A stretch of DNA of 64,000 nucleotides from Patescibacteria group bacterium UBA3531 (GCA_002376885.1 DFOW01000004.1:1018-65017), one strand, 5' to 3'; shown: positions 29,880 through 39,658, numbered from the stretch's first letter. The notes: generated by a model not told the origin, from the letters alone. Translations and numbers: made by a program.

Positions 29880-30149
29880 TACGCGTTTTATGTTTATCTG
29901 CGGCTAATAAAGCGGAGTGCAAAATGCACCCGAGAAAAAGAAACGCCCCGTGACCCTAATGCGAGGCATTCAACTATGTATTTGTTTATGAAAAGACAGT
30001 ATTCCTCTTATTAAAAATGTCTATGTAGGGACAGCCTGAAAGAATATCAAACGAGGCCGAGCTCTACAAGGGTTCACACAAGTATATTGAAAATGGCTAT
30101 CTGTGTCAAGAATTTAGCTTTAAAATTGGACTCTCTTGTGGATAACCCA

Positions 30150-30785
30150 CTATTTTCCTTTTTCTCTCCACTCGTCAATTTTCTTATGATCCCCCGAAAG
30201 AAGCACCTTGGGCACTTTATGATTCTTTTTCTTCCAGGTAAGAGTCTCTGGCCGAGTGTAGACATCGCGCCCCGCTACTCTGTTTTCTTCTACAGATTCT
30301 TTGTCTCCCAACACACCGGGAATGTGGCGAGACACAGCATCAATAACAATATTGGTTGGGAGCTCTCCTCCTGTTAAAACGTAATCCCCTATTGAATAAA
30401 CTGTTGGTTTTAAAACTTTCTCCACTCGCGCATCAATACCTTCGTAACGTCCTGAAATTAAAATAAGATGTTTTTCTTTAGCAAGTTTTTGTGCATCTTT
30501 GTTGGTAAATTTTTTACCACGGGGAGAAAAGAGGATTACCTTTGCCTTCTTCAGCCCTTTTGCTTTTTGCACGGCACGTAAAATTGGCTCGGCTGTCATA
30601 ACCATTCCTGGGCCGCCACCGTATGGAATATTGTCTACCTTTTTATGTTTATCCTTCGTAAAATCACGAGGGTTGTAATATGAAATTTTTATTTTCTTGC
30701 TCTTTTGTGCCCGACCCAAGATAGACTCGTTTACATACGAGGAAATCATCTCAGGGAAAATAGCAACTGCGTGAAAATGAATCAT
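30150..30785 (-). CDS. trmD: tRNA (guanine37-N1)-methyltransferase
   Basis: PYGGGPGMVM, GRYEGID, SIGDYVLTGGE. Confidence 0.96.
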   Translation of the reverse strand: MIHFHAVAIFPEMISSYVNESILGRAQKSKKIKISYYNPRDFTKDKHKKVDNIPYGGGPGMVMTAEPILRAVQKAKGLKKAKVILFSPRGKKFTNKDAQKLAKEKHLILISGRYEGIDARVEKVLKPTVYSIGDYVLTGGELPTNIVIDAVSRHIPGVLGDKESVEENRVAGRDVYTRPETLTWKKKNHKVPKVLLSGDHKKIDEWREKGK

Positions 30786-30845
30786 ACTTCAAAACAAAAA
30801 CCGCACATCAGGGTGAGGGGCGGTTTTTGTTGTAGTTTTAAGAGT

Positions 30846-31154
30846 CTATACTTTTAGGTCTTGCATTGCTTCATCAACGCTTGCTGCTGCTGACTTAGCT
30901 CCACCTTCTGGTTCGTTAATCTTAAGGGTCACTCGTGCTTGATGCTTCATTCCCACTACCCGAAGGAGGGTTCTGATAGCCTTAGCGGTGTTTCCCTTCT
31001 TCCCGATCACCTTACCCATGTCTTCTGGGTTAAGGTCAAGAATGAGAAGGACTCCCATTTCATCAACCGTTCGGTCGATTTTTACATCTTCCGGATGGTC
31101 AACAAGTGACTTGATAACGAACTCAAGAAACTCCTGATCAGATACTTCTGCCAT
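30846..31154 (-). CDS. khpA: KH-domain RNA-binding protein
   Basis: DMGKVIGKKGNTAKAIR; lies between rpsP and trmD. Confidence 0.88.
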   Translation of the reverse strand: MAEVSDQEFLEFVIKSLVDHPEDVKIDRTVDEMGVLLILDLNPEDMGKVIGKKGNTAKAIRTLLRVVGMKHQARVTLKINEPEGGAKSAAASVDEAMQDLKV

Positions 31155-31269
31155 GTCTTCCTTGGTTTTCTAGTAAATCTAAACGTATCTCTTCGACCCC
31201 TTTACTATAATACTGTATAACAAAAATATACCAGAGGAGGGGCATTTGTCAAAACAAAAAAAGAGGAGT

Positions 31270-31764
31270 TTATTCCTCTTTTTTCTCCTCTTCTTTTGGT
31301 TCCTCTGGCTTTTCCTCTTCAGCTGGTTTTTCTTCTTCCTGAGGCTCTTCCTTCTTTTCTTCAGTTTCAGCAGGCGCGTCTTCTTTATTTTCTTCTGTTG
31401 GAGCTTCAGCGTCTCCCTCAGTCTTTACTTCTTCCTGCGCAGTTTCTGCTTCTGGAGTTTGTTCGGTCGCAGGTTCTTCAGACTCTTCTTTTGGTTTTCG
31501 TTTTGGAAGAACGTTACGTTTACCCCCTTCTACGATTTTTTCATCTACTAAAAAGTTATGGAGTGTACCAGACACTTGGGCCCCTTGCCCCATCCAGTAC
31601 TTGATTCGTTCGCTGTTAAGTTCGCGCTTGCCTTGTTTTGCATCATACCATCCAAGCTTTTCTACAATCTTCCCGCTCTTTGGTCCGGTAGTGTGTTCAG
31701 CAACAATAACCCGGAATACCGGGTCGTGCTTTCGTCCAGTTCGTTGCATTCGAATCTTTAACAT
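31270..31764 (-). CDS. rpsP: 30S ribosomal protein S16 with acidic C-terminal extension
   Basis: MLKIRMQRTGRKHDPVFRVIV...GAQVS, then a Glu-rich tail. Confidence 0.93.
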   Translation of the reverse strand: MLKIRMQRTGRKHDPVFRVIVAEHTTGPKSGKIVEKLGWYDAKQGKRELNSERIKYWMGQGAQVSGTLHNFLVDEKIVEGGKRNVLPKRKPKEESEEPATEQTPEAETAQEEVKTEGDAEAPTEENKEDAPAETEEKKEEPQEEEKPAEEEKPEEPKEEEKKEE

Positions 31765-31849
31765 ACCAGAGGATAGTACCAGATGAGCGCATATGGGTCA
31801 ATAGAGCCCTCTTTGCTTCAAGGGCGTACTCTGGTATCGTTACGGGAGT

Positions 31850-33799
31850 ATGCCAAAGGCACAACCTAAGAAAAAGGAGAGTGTAGAAGGAGCCCTACGA
31901 ATCGGGCCCTCTTTTGTTGGATACCTTGCTCACCCAACGTTTGACACTGAAATTGAAATTCCCAACGAATCCCTCAAAGGAGCCTTGCCGGGAGACACTG
32001 TCGTAGTTCAACTAACCGGTAAGCAAAAAACATCAGGACACTTTGGAAAAGTCACTAAAATCGTTACCCGAAAACGAAGTTCGTTTGTAGGGACACTTCG
32101 TAAAGTCGGACGATCATTTGTAGTACTACCTGACAATGAACGCATTTACCAAAAGATAATGGTTTCTAAAAAAGAGTTGGCTGGAGCAAAGTCAGGATCA
32201 AAAGTAGTGGCAAAAGTAAAAACCTGGGGAAAGCCCGATGAGCCCATCATGGCGAGCATCGACAAGATACTTGGGAAACCCGGACAACACGAAACCGAAA
32301 TGCTTTCGATTCTTTACGATAAAGAATTTACTCCCGACTTTCCGTCTGATGTAGAAAAAGAAGCAAAAGCCGTTCGTTCGTACTTACAAAACGAAGATAT
32401 TAAAAAACGGAAAGACTTTAGAGGCACCACCACCTTCACTATCGACCCCGTAGACGCAAAAGACTTTGATGATGCCTTATCTGTTAAAAAACTCGACAAT
32501 AATTTGTTTGAGGTAGGTATCCATATTGCAGACGTTACCTATTTTGTTCGCCCAGGAACACGACTTGACCAAGAAGGAGCCAAGCGTGCTACCAGCATTT
32601 ATCTTGTAGACAGAACCATCCCCATGCTCCCTGAAACACTTTCAAACGACCTATGTAGTTTAAACCCGAACGAAGAAAAGCTCGCCTTTTCAGCAGTATT
32701 TCAAATGGATAAAGATGGAAACATTCATAAAGAATGGTTTGGACGAACACGAATCAAATCAGATAAACGATTCACCTATGAGAACGCTCAAAAAACTCTC
32801 GATACAAAAAAGGGAGAATTTTATGAGGAGCTCACCATCTTAAATAATCTCGCTAAAAAACTTCGGAAAGAAAAGTTTAAAAAAGGAGCCATTGCCTTTG
32901 AAAGCAAAGAGCTTCGCTTTGAGCTGGACGAGAAAATGCGTCCCGTAAAGATCATTAAAAAAGACAGGCTCGACACTCATATGCTTGTTGAGGACTTCAT
33001 GCTTTTGGCTAATAAAAAAGTAACTGAATATGTAGATCGCCTTGAAAAGCGCTCAAAAGTAAAACATCATTTTATTTACCGAGTACATGATCAACCTGAT
33101 GAAGAAAAGATTGAGCGTGTCTTGGATCTTCTTAAAAAACTTGGTCACGAGATCCACAGAAAAGGAAAAAAGATTACCTCATACGATATCAATACTATTT
33201 TGGCCAAAGTAGCAGGGACTCCAGAAGAAAACTTGATTCAAACCGCCATGGTGCGTTCAATGGCAAAAGCAGAGTACACTACCAAAAACATTGGTCACTT
33301 TGGACTCGCCTTCCCGTTTTATACGCACTTTACGTCCCCCATCAGACGTTACCCCGACGTTATGGTGCACCGGCTCCTTGAAAAATATTTACATAACGAG
33401 AACGTATCAAAACAAGAAGTTGAGCGATACCAAGAGCTCTCACTCCACTCTTCCCAACGCGAGAGAGTTGCAGAAGAAGCAGAACGCGAAAGCAAAAAGT
33501 ACAAACAAGCAGAGTATATGTCCTTCCATGTTGGAGAAGAATTTACGGGGACTATTTCTGGTGTGACTCGATTTGGAATGTTTGTACAAGAAAACGAGAC
33601 TCTTGCCGAAGGACTTGTTGCCATGAGGAGCTTAGGAGATGACTATTACTCATACGACGAATCAAATCTTTCTCTTGTAGGAGAAAAAACAAAAAGAAAA
33701 TTCCAACTGGGAGATACCGTAAAAATTAAAGTTAAAAAAGTGGATGTACGAAAACGCCAAATTGATTACGTATTAGTAGAAGAAAAAAATAAGAAATAG
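31850..33799 (+). CDS. rnr: Ribonuclease R
   Basis: TIDPVDAKDFDDA, HFTSPIRRYPD, C-terminal S1 domain. Confidence 0.95.
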   Translation: MPKAQPKKKESVEGALRIGPSFVGYLAHPTFDTEIEIPNESLKGALPGDTVVVQLTGKQKTSGHFGKVTKIVTRKRSSFVGTLRKVGRSFVVLPDNERIYQKIMVSKKELAGAKSGSKVVAKVKTWGKPDEPIMASIDKILGKPGQHETEMLSILYDKEFTPDFPSDVEKEAKAVRSYLQNEDIKKRKDFRGTTTFTIDPVDAKDFDDALSVKKLDNNLFEVGIHIADVTYFVRPGTRLDQEGAKRATSIYLVDRTIPMLPETLSNDLCSLNPNEEKLAFSAVFQMDKDGNIHKEWFGRTRIKSDKRFTYENAQKTLDTKKGEFYEELTILNNLAKKLRKEKFKKGAIAFESKELRFELDEKMRPVKIIKKDRLDTHMLVEDFMLLANKKVTEYVDRLEKRSKVKHHFIYRVHDQPDEEKIERVLDLLKKLGHEIHRKGKKITSYDINTILAKVAGTPEENLIQTAMVRSMAKAEYTTKNIGHFGLAFPFYTHFTSPIRRYPDVMVHRLLEKYLHNENVSKQEVERYQELSLHSSQRERVAEEAERESKKYKQAEYMSFHVGEEFTGTISGVTRFGMFVQENETLAEGLVAMRSLGDDYYSYDESNLSLVGEKTKRKFQLGDTVKIKVKKVDVRKRQIDYVLVEEKNKK

Positions 33800-33839
33800 A
33801 AAAAGCCCCGCTTCCGCGAGGCTTGGATCCTCCCTCTCA

Positions 33840-33915
33840 TGGAATGCCCGGCTGGATTCGAACCAGCGACCTTCACGTTGGCAACGTGACGCTCTTGCCA
33901 CTAAGCTACGGGCAT
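33840..33915 (-). tRNA. tRNA with GCC (Gly) anticodon and atypical A1:U72/U2:A71 acceptor end
   Basis: ATGCCCG TA GCTT AGTGGCAA GAGC G TCACG TT-GCC-AA CGTGA AGGTC GCTGG TTCGAAT CCAGC CGGGCAT T CCA; fully paired 76-nt cloverleaf. Confidence 0.85.
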
Positions 33916-33929
33916 CCATGAGAAAGAAG

Positions 33930-34002
33930 TGGCTCCCCCGGTTGGAGTCGAACCAACACCTTCGCCCCCACAGGGCGATGCTCTGCACTGAGCTACGGGG
34001 GA
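33930..34002 (-). tRNA. tRNA-like gene with GUG (His) anticodon but U1:A72, G73 and C at -1
   Basis: TCCCCCG TA GCTC AGTGCA GAGC A TCGCC CT-GTG-GG GGCGA AGGT GTTGG TTCGACT CCAAC CGGGGGA G CCA; 73 nt; D-loop lacks GG. Confidence 0.8.
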
Positions 34003-34015
34003 GTAGCGGCTTTTG

Positions 34016-34044
34016 ATACTACAGAAAAGCATTTTTAGTGTCAA
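34016..34044 (-). promoter_or_regulatory. sigma70 promoter for the tRNA pair
   Basis: TTGACA-17 nt-TAGTAT about 13 nt upstream of the first tRNA. Confidence 0.75.
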
Positions 34045-34102
34045 CAGAACTTTATTGACTTTGAATACAAGAGGAGTAGAAATAAAGGTGGAGGAAGTCG
34101 CC

Positions 34103-34306
34103 ATGCGCTGGGCAAGCCAAACTGTTTCAGATGAAGAGCGGGATGCGCTCGATGCAGCGCTTCACGCAACCGAAGGTCTCGGTGAAGACGATCTGTCGAC
34201 GAAAAACATGAGGCGTGCAATGTTCGTTCTGCTCATTGTCGCTGCTCTCGTGATTGGACTCGGCGTCATCAAGCCGGCACTCGAGAACGGTGGATCATTC
34301 CTGTAA
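34103..34306 (+). CDS. GC-rich cassette protein with a single TM helix
   Basis: SD GGAGG, then MRWASQ...AMFVLLIVAALVIGLGVI. Confidence 0.65.
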   Translation: MRWASQTVSDEERDALDAALHATEGLGEDDLSTKNMRRAMFVLLIVAALVIGLGVIKPALENGGSFL

Positions 34307-34317
34307 AGGAGGGCCAA

Positions 34318-34524
34318 ATGTTCCGAGCAAAGACTAGCAACCCCAATGAATGGGGCTGGGGCGGGGGCAGGTACGCCGACTACGAGGAAGAAGAGCCGTT
34401 CTACCTCGTGGACGCCGTGATCGTTCTCGTTGCGGTGTGCGCATACGGCGTATGGTGGCTCATCTCTACGCCGTTCAAGAAGGCGCGTGCCGCCATCGTC
34501 AACCGCCGCGCGCGGAACTGCTAG
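34318..34524 (+). CDS. GC-rich cassette protein with a single TM helix
   Basis: SD AGGAGG; G/C-ending codons; hairpin AAGGGCGCGAACG/CGTTCGCGCCCTT at 34528-34559. Confidence 0.65.
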   Translation: MFRAKTSNPNEWGWGGGRYADYEEEEPFYLVDAVIVLVAVCAYGVWWLISTPFKKARAAIVNRRARNC

Positions 34525-34573
34525 CCAAAGGGCGCGAACGTTCATTCGTTCGCGCCCTTGCTGTATATTTTCC

Positions 34574-34697
34574 AACGTTACGTTTTTAAGAGCTCTCGGA
34601 GCCCGAGCGGGCTGGTATCCGCAGGATGAGTGAGGGCGAGAGCGAGAAAAAAATTCCCGCCGGGGAATTTTATTTCGTGTCTTAAAAATGTAATGTT
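34574..34697 (+). repeat. Structured intergenic repeat B2
   Basis: Same core as B1 with a different, self-complementary outer stem AACGTTACGTTTTTAAGA/TCTTAAAAATGTAATGTT. Confidence 0.85.
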
Positions 34698-34703
34698 AGC
34701 TTC

Positions 34704-36932
34704 CTATTTCGCAATCTTCACTGCCTCGTCAAATTTAACCGAAAGCATTTTTGAAATTCCATCACTCCCCATGGTTACTCCATAGAGGACACCTGCTCGA
34801 GACATGGTCTCTCTGTTGTGAGTAATAATAATTAACTGTGCATGACGTGCTAAGTTTTCAAGCATGTCTCCGTATTTACGAGAGTTTGCTTCGTCGAGCG
34901 CTGCATCGGTTTCATCGAGTACCAAAAACGGAGGCGGGTTAACCTGACTCATTGCAAACAAAAGTGCAATTGAAGTCAGCGCACGTTCCCCACCAGAGAG
35001 CATTTCAAGCCCCCGGATTTTTTTACGTGGAAGGTTTACCGAAATATCAATTCCCTCTTCAAACTCTTCTTCGTCTCCGCCAAGTTGTGCAAGCTCTTCT
35101 TCGCTCTTTAACTTTCCGATGCGAGCAAACTGGAGCCCTGCCTTCCCTCCCCCAAACATGAGCTCGAAGAACTTTTGGAATTCAATATTAATTTTTCCGA
35201 TTCCTTTTTTAAATTCAACTTCAAGTTTTTCTTCAAGATCTTTAATAACTTCTTTAAGAGACCCTTCGCTCTTTGTTAAATCTTCGATTTCTTTTTCTAA
35301 AAATTCATCTCGGCCTTTGATTTCCTCATATTCACCAAGCATAGCGTCCCCTGCAGGGCCAATTTCTTCAATACGAATCTTTAATCGTTCAATCTCTTTT
35401 TTGGTAACTGCGGCCCCGCTTGAAGAATCCCAGCCGTCTCCTCCATCTTTTTTAAAGATTGCTTCAAGTTCGTTTTTACCCTCTTCCCCATAGATTCTCC
35501 CTGCTTCATGAAGCTCATGCTCTACTTCTCGATCGCGTATTCCAAGAGCTTCTTCGCGTCCCTTGAGCGCTTCAAGTCCTGCTAGAAGCTCTGCGCGTTT
35601 TTCTTTTGCTTCAAAATATTCACGCTCCTTTGTCATTCGTTCTTTTGCTTTTTGGGTAAGCTCACCCTTGAGTGCCTCCAAACGGTCCAGCAGCTCTTTT
35701 TCTGACTCTCCTATTTTTTTGATGTCGTCTTCAAGCTTTTCTTTTTCGCCCCTCAATTTTTCAAGCTCTTCGTTTATAGCTTCACCAATAGAGCTCTCTT
35801 CGCTATCAATATTTTCTTCTTTAAACGACATAAGCGCATAGCGAATCTCTTCAAGTCCAGAAACAGCTTCGTCAAGTGTCGAAGAAGATTTTGCATCTTC
35901 AATAATTCGTTCGAGCTCGTCAATAAAACTCCCTACATTTACTGCTGGGAGCATATGTTCTCCATTATCACTTCCTGGCGTCTCTGCTTCACGCTCTTTC
36001 AGCTCAACAATACCTTCAAGACGCCCGAGCATTCGGGCAAGTTCGTCTTTTTTACTACGGAGATCGTGGAGGGATTTTTCGATCCCCAATTGTTCTTCGC
36101 TTACTTCTTCTTGATCGGTTCCACCTCTTTTTGAATCAAGTTCGTCAATTACTTTTTCAATCTTTCCGAGTTCGTCTTCTGGATGCTTCCGTTCTTTTTC
36201 GATCTCTTTTTTACTTTCGATGATGTATGCCCCCTCTTTTTTAAAGAATTCTTTATAGAGACCAAGTAGCTCATCTTTAAGTGCTTTTGCCTTTTCAATC
36301 TTCTCTGCTTCTTTTTGAAGGAACCGTAAATGCCCCCCAATCTCACGACGGAGCGACTGTGCCTCTTTTATGTTTTCTTTTGTTTTGGTGAGTTTTTTAC
36401 CACTCTCTTCAATCTTCCAATGGTACACACGAAGCCCAAGCGCATCCTCAATCATTCCGCGTCTATCTTTTAATGATGCTCCTAAAATCCTATCAGCCTC
36501 GTTTTGGCTAATAATGTGGTGGCTGGATGCACCAAGAGAAACTTGCGAAAGAAGTTCGATAATGTCTCGCAGTCGTACCTTACTCCCATTTATTGAGTAT
36601 TCGTTTGCGCCGTCACGATACACTACACGCTCGATAGCAACTTCTGGGAAGTCGATATCAAACTGTTTTTTACTATTATCAAAAACAAGTGTTACGCTTG
36701 CCCGGTTCATTCGGGTTGCTCCACCACCACCATTAAAAATAAGATCTTCTCCTTTTTTACCCCGGAGCGACTTCATTGACTGCTCCCCGAGCGTCCAACG
36801 AAACGCCTCTGCAATGTTTGATTTACCAGATCCATTAGGACCCACAATAGCCGAGACCGGTGAGTCAAAATCGAGAACTGTTTTTTTAGCAAATGATTTA
36901 AAGCCGTTTAATTCCAGCCGTTTTAGATACAT
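34704..36932 (-). CDS. smc: Shortened SMC-family ATPase
   Basis: GFKSF, GPNGSGKSN, coiled coil, LSGGE, LVLDETDAALD, ITH; downstream of rnc. Confidence 0.88.
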   Translation of the reverse strand: MYLKRLELNGFKSFAKKTVLDFDSPVSAIVGPNGSGKSNIAEAFRWTLGEQSMKSLRGKKGEDLIFNGGGGATRMNRASVTLVFDNSKKQFDIDFPEVAIERVVYRDGANEYSINGSKVRLRDIIELLSQVSLGASSHHIISQNEADRILGASLKDRRGMIEDALGLRVYHWKIEESGKKLTKTKENIKEAQSLRREIGGHLRFLQKEAEKIEKAKALKDELLGLYKEFFKKEGAYIIESKKEIEKERKHPEDELGKIEKVIDELDSKRGGTDQEEVSEEQLGIEKSLHDLRSKKDELARMLGRLEGIVELKEREAETPGSDNGEHMLPAVNVGSFIDELERIIEDAKSSSTLDEAVSGLEEIRYALMSFKEENIDSEESSIGEAINEELEKLRGEKEKLEDDIKKIGESEKELLDRLEALKGELTQKAKERMTKEREYFEAKEKRAELLAGLEALKGREEALGIRDREVEHELHEAGRIYGEEGKNELEAIFKKDGGDGWDSSSGAAVTKKEIERLKIRIEEIGPAGDAMLGEYEEIKGRDEFLEKEIEDLTKSEGSLKEVIKDLEEKLEVEFKKGIGKINIEFQKFFELMFGGGKAGLQFARIGKLKSEEELAQLGGDEEEFEEGIDISVNLPRKKIRGLEMLSGGERALTSIALLFAMSQVNPPPFLVLDETDAALDEANSRKYGDMLENLARHAQLIIITHNRETMSRAGVLYGVTMGSDGISKMLSVKFDEAVKIAK

Positions 36933-36971
36933 AGTTTATTCACTCTATCAGGAGACCCTTCTAACCTCAAG

Positions 36972-37673
36972 CTACTCCCACCCCATCTTCGCCAGCCCTT
37001 CGTGCGCTGCATTTTGCTCTGCCTCCTGCTTTGAGGCCCCTGTCCCTTCCGCAATATCTTCGTCGGCGATAAAAAGACCAACGGTAAATACTTTGGCATG
37101 GTCGGGTCCATCTTCATTCAAGACTTTGTAAGTAGGAGTAACACCCCTTTTTTCTTGAGAAAGTTCTTGAAACCGACTTTTGGCATCTTGCCACAGTTTT
37201 TTATCTACAATCTCTTGTGCTTTGGGTAACAAAACTCGTGCAATAAATTCTTGCGCTTTTGCGTATCCTCCATCTAAATATAGTGCTCCAACGAGCGCTT
37301 CAAAAGTATTTGCCAAAATATATGAACGAGCGCGCCCCACACTATTTGCCTCTCCTTTTGAGAGAAGTAGGTAGTCATTAAACCCAAGATCATGCCCTAT
37401 ACTGCTTAGCATGTGTGTATTTACAAGCGCAGCACGGATAGCCGTAAGTTCCCCCTCTGGTTTGTCTGGGTAGAGTCCAAAAATATGCTCGGTTACCACA
37501 AGCTCAAGAACCGCGTCTCCTAAATATTCTAGCCGCTCATTGTGCCCAAGCGTTTCACCTGGGTTCTCGTTTATGTATGAACGATGAATAAACGCTTGAC
37601 GCAGTAAATCGTTATTGTCGAAATGAAGATTTGTTGTGTTTAAAAATTCTTCAAAGTTACTCTCTCCTTCCAT
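36972..37673 (-). CDS. rnc: Ribonuclease III
   Basis: HNERLEYLGDAVLE and a C-terminal dsRBD. Confidence 0.96.
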   Translation of the reverse strand: MEGESNFEEFLNTTNLHFDNNDLLRQAFIHRSYINENPGETLGHNERLEYLGDAVLELVVTEHIFGLYPDKPEGELTAIRAALVNTHMLSSIGHDLGFNDYLLLSKGEANSVGRARSYILANTFEALVGALYLDGGYAKAQEFIARVLLPKAQEIVDKKLWQDAKSRFQELSQEKRGVTPTYKVLNEDGPDHAKVFTVGLFIADEDIAEGTGASKQEAEQNAAHEGLAKMGWE

Positions 37674-37688
37674 ATTCGTGTAATTGAG

Positions 37689-38582
37689 TTATAGGTAATT
37701 TTTTGTGATTGATTCTATTCCTTTGGTAATAATCGGGAGCATATCGCCATATACTTTTAAATCTGCCACGTCTCCGAGTGGAAACCATTTAGCATCATCA
37801 AGGCCTCCTTCTTTTTTGAGTTCGAGTGTGTCGATTGTGGCACGCGCTAAAAAGTACGATACATGCTTCCTGATTTTTCCCTTTTCAGGGTCGCTAGCAG
37901 TGTATTCGTTTTCGCCTATTGTTTCAAGGAGCTCAATATCGAGATTCATTTCTTCTTTAATCTCCCTGATTGCAGCATCCTCTATCTTTTCCTTCTCCCC
38001 TACGTGTCCTTTTGAGAGGGTCCAGTAACCAAACACATCATGAACAAAAGCCAAGTACACCTGGCCATTTGATTCTTTTTTAAAGACCACAGCTCCAACC
38101 AGTTCCTCTTTTGGCATTTTTTTGGGGTCAGTCTCTTTTTTGCTGGTTTCATTTTTTCCGGGCTCGCCCATCTCTTTATAGATGGTACCAAGTACTCCGT
38201 TTACAAAGCGACCGCTATTTTCCCCTCCAAACGCTTTGGCAAGCTCGATTGCTTCGTTAATAGCAACTTTTGGAGGAACCTCTTTTCTGTCAGAAAAAAG
38301 AAGCTCGTAGAGACCGAGCCTGAGCACGTTTCTATCAACAATAGAGATTTTAGGGAGCGGCCATTCTGGTGCCGCTTTTTCAATCACAGCATCGAGGGTT
38401 TGTTGCTTTTCAACAATCCCTTCTACGAGTTTTAAAATATAGTTTTCATCTCCGAGTCCTGGAGCAAATTCTTTAATATTGTAGAGCACAAACTCTTTGA
38501 GTTTGTCCTTTGGACAACCGTTAAAATCCCACTCAAAGAGAGATTGTAGTGCAACACTGCGCGCTAAGTGTCGTTGTGCCAT
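37689..38582 (-). CDS. nusB: NusB fused to a NUDIX domain
   Basis: DRNVLRL, AINEAIELAK, FVNGVLG, then KGHVGEKEKIEDAAIREIKEE (Nudix box). Confidence 0.9.
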   Translation of the reverse strand: MAQRHLARSVALQSLFEWDFNGCPKDKLKEFVLYNIKEFAPGLGDENYILKLVEGIVEKQQTLDAVIEKAAPEWPLPKISIVDRNVLRLGLYELLFSDRKEVPPKVAINEAIELAKAFGGENSGRFVNGVLGTIYKEMGEPGKNETSKKETDPKKMPKEELVGAVVFKKESNGQVYLAFVHDVFGYWTLSKGHVGEKEKIEDAAIREIKEEMNLDIELLETIGENEYTASDPEKGKIRKHVSYFLARATIDTLELKKEGGLDDAKWFPLGDVADLKVYGDMLPIITKGIESITKNYL

Positions 38583-38638
38583 ACGTACTTAAAGAACTCC
38601 AATAAAAAATAATCGGTGCATTTAGTATACACCGACTA

Positions 38639-38911
38639 TTATTTTTGAGAAAGTGATTCTGCGTCCAGCTTTCCAGACTTTTCTTCTTGTGCCTGAAGCT
38701 CTTCTTGTTTGGCCTTTTTTTCCTTCTTAGTGAGTTTTTTCAGTACGTCTCGATATTGCTTTCCTCGGTAGGTTCCGCAGTTTTCGCAAACCGTGTGTCG
38801 TTGGTGCTTTTCGCCACATTTTGAGCATGCCGAAAGCCGCACCTCACTTAATTTGTGATGGCTTCTGCGGTTAGCCGTATGGCTTCGGGTATGTCGCATT
38901 CGTACTGACAT
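38639..38911 (-). CDS. rpmF: 50S ribosomal protein L32
   Basis: RRSHH...CSKCG...HTVCENCGTYRG. Confidence 0.93.
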   Translation of the reverse strand: MSVRMRHTRSHTANRRSHHKLSEVRLSACSKCGEKHQRHTVCENCGTYRGKQYRDVLKKLTKKEKKAKQEELQAQEEKSGKLDAESLSQK

Positions 38912-39114
38912 AGTGGCTCTAGTATACGGATTTATGCTTGTTTTGCAATATAAGGGGGTTTTAGTGTCGATATTTCGTCATTCGTGCCAAAAAATATACA
39001 GCACCCCCCATATTGACAAATAGCATACTTTATGTTAGTATATCTGCAGTTAAGACGAGTCAAAGTTCTGGGTTGGAACTCCCTGTCTTGTTGTTCTCTA
39101 AGGAAAGGCAACAC

Positions 39115-39282
39115 ATGAGCATTCCCTTCCAGGAAAGGATTACGGAACGCGTCAAGGGAACGGAGCGACGGCGGATCCAGGAGATCCAGAACCTCCATCC
39201 GTTCTTCTTCCGCCGTAGCTTCCTGCTCGCCCTCTCGGTGATCCTGACGGTCTTCTACTACATCGAGTTCTTCCCGAAGTAA
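39115..39282 (+). CDS. GC-rich cassette protein, 55 aa, C-terminal TM
   Basis: Promoter TTGACA-17-TAGTAT (39013-39041), AAGGA before the ATG, terminator AGGCCACCACAC/GTGTGGTGGCCTTTT downstream. Confidence 0.65.
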   Translation: MSIPFQERITERVKGTERRRIQEIQNLHPFFFRRSFLLALSVILTVFYYIEFFPK

Positions 39283-39467
39283 CGGGGACTGCCACGCCCA
39301 GGGCTCGCCCATGGAGGCCACCACACAAACAACTTTGGTTCTGTGTGTGGTGGCCTTTTTCTTATTTCGATATCCCCAAGAAACCACATTTGGGAGTGTC
39401 CACCCTAAACAATTTTTCTGCGAAAAACTGAGAGGGCAAGCAGGAAAATAATTAAAAAATTTCTCGT

Positions 39468-39592
39468 AGAAACACAGTTTGAAGTGCTGCCGCAGACGAT
39501 TTTGATTGGTCCACCCTTTGGGTGGAAAATCGTCGAGGATAAGGAAACACCACCGCTGGAGTGGGGTTTCCGGTGCTTCAAGCTGTGTTTCT
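39468..39592 (+). repeat. Structured intergenic element C1
   Basis: Outer stem AGAAACACAGTTTGAAG/CTTCAAGCTGTGTTTCT; CCGCAG-stem-GAGGATA-stem with CGCTGGA loop. Confidence 0.7.
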
Positions 39593-39658
39593 TAAAAAAT
39601 AAAATAAATAGTAGCGGCCCGGGCCCCGTGTGGGGGCCTCGGGCCGCGCGATGACGCT

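Noticed and set aside
31270-31500. Glu-rich S16 tail as a novel domain
   Set aside because: Low-complexity acidic S16 extensions are common in several phyla.
36370-37131. 253-aa plus-strand ORF and other long antisense ORFs over core genes
   Set aside because: Antisense to smc/rnc and similar conserved genes; typical shadow frames.
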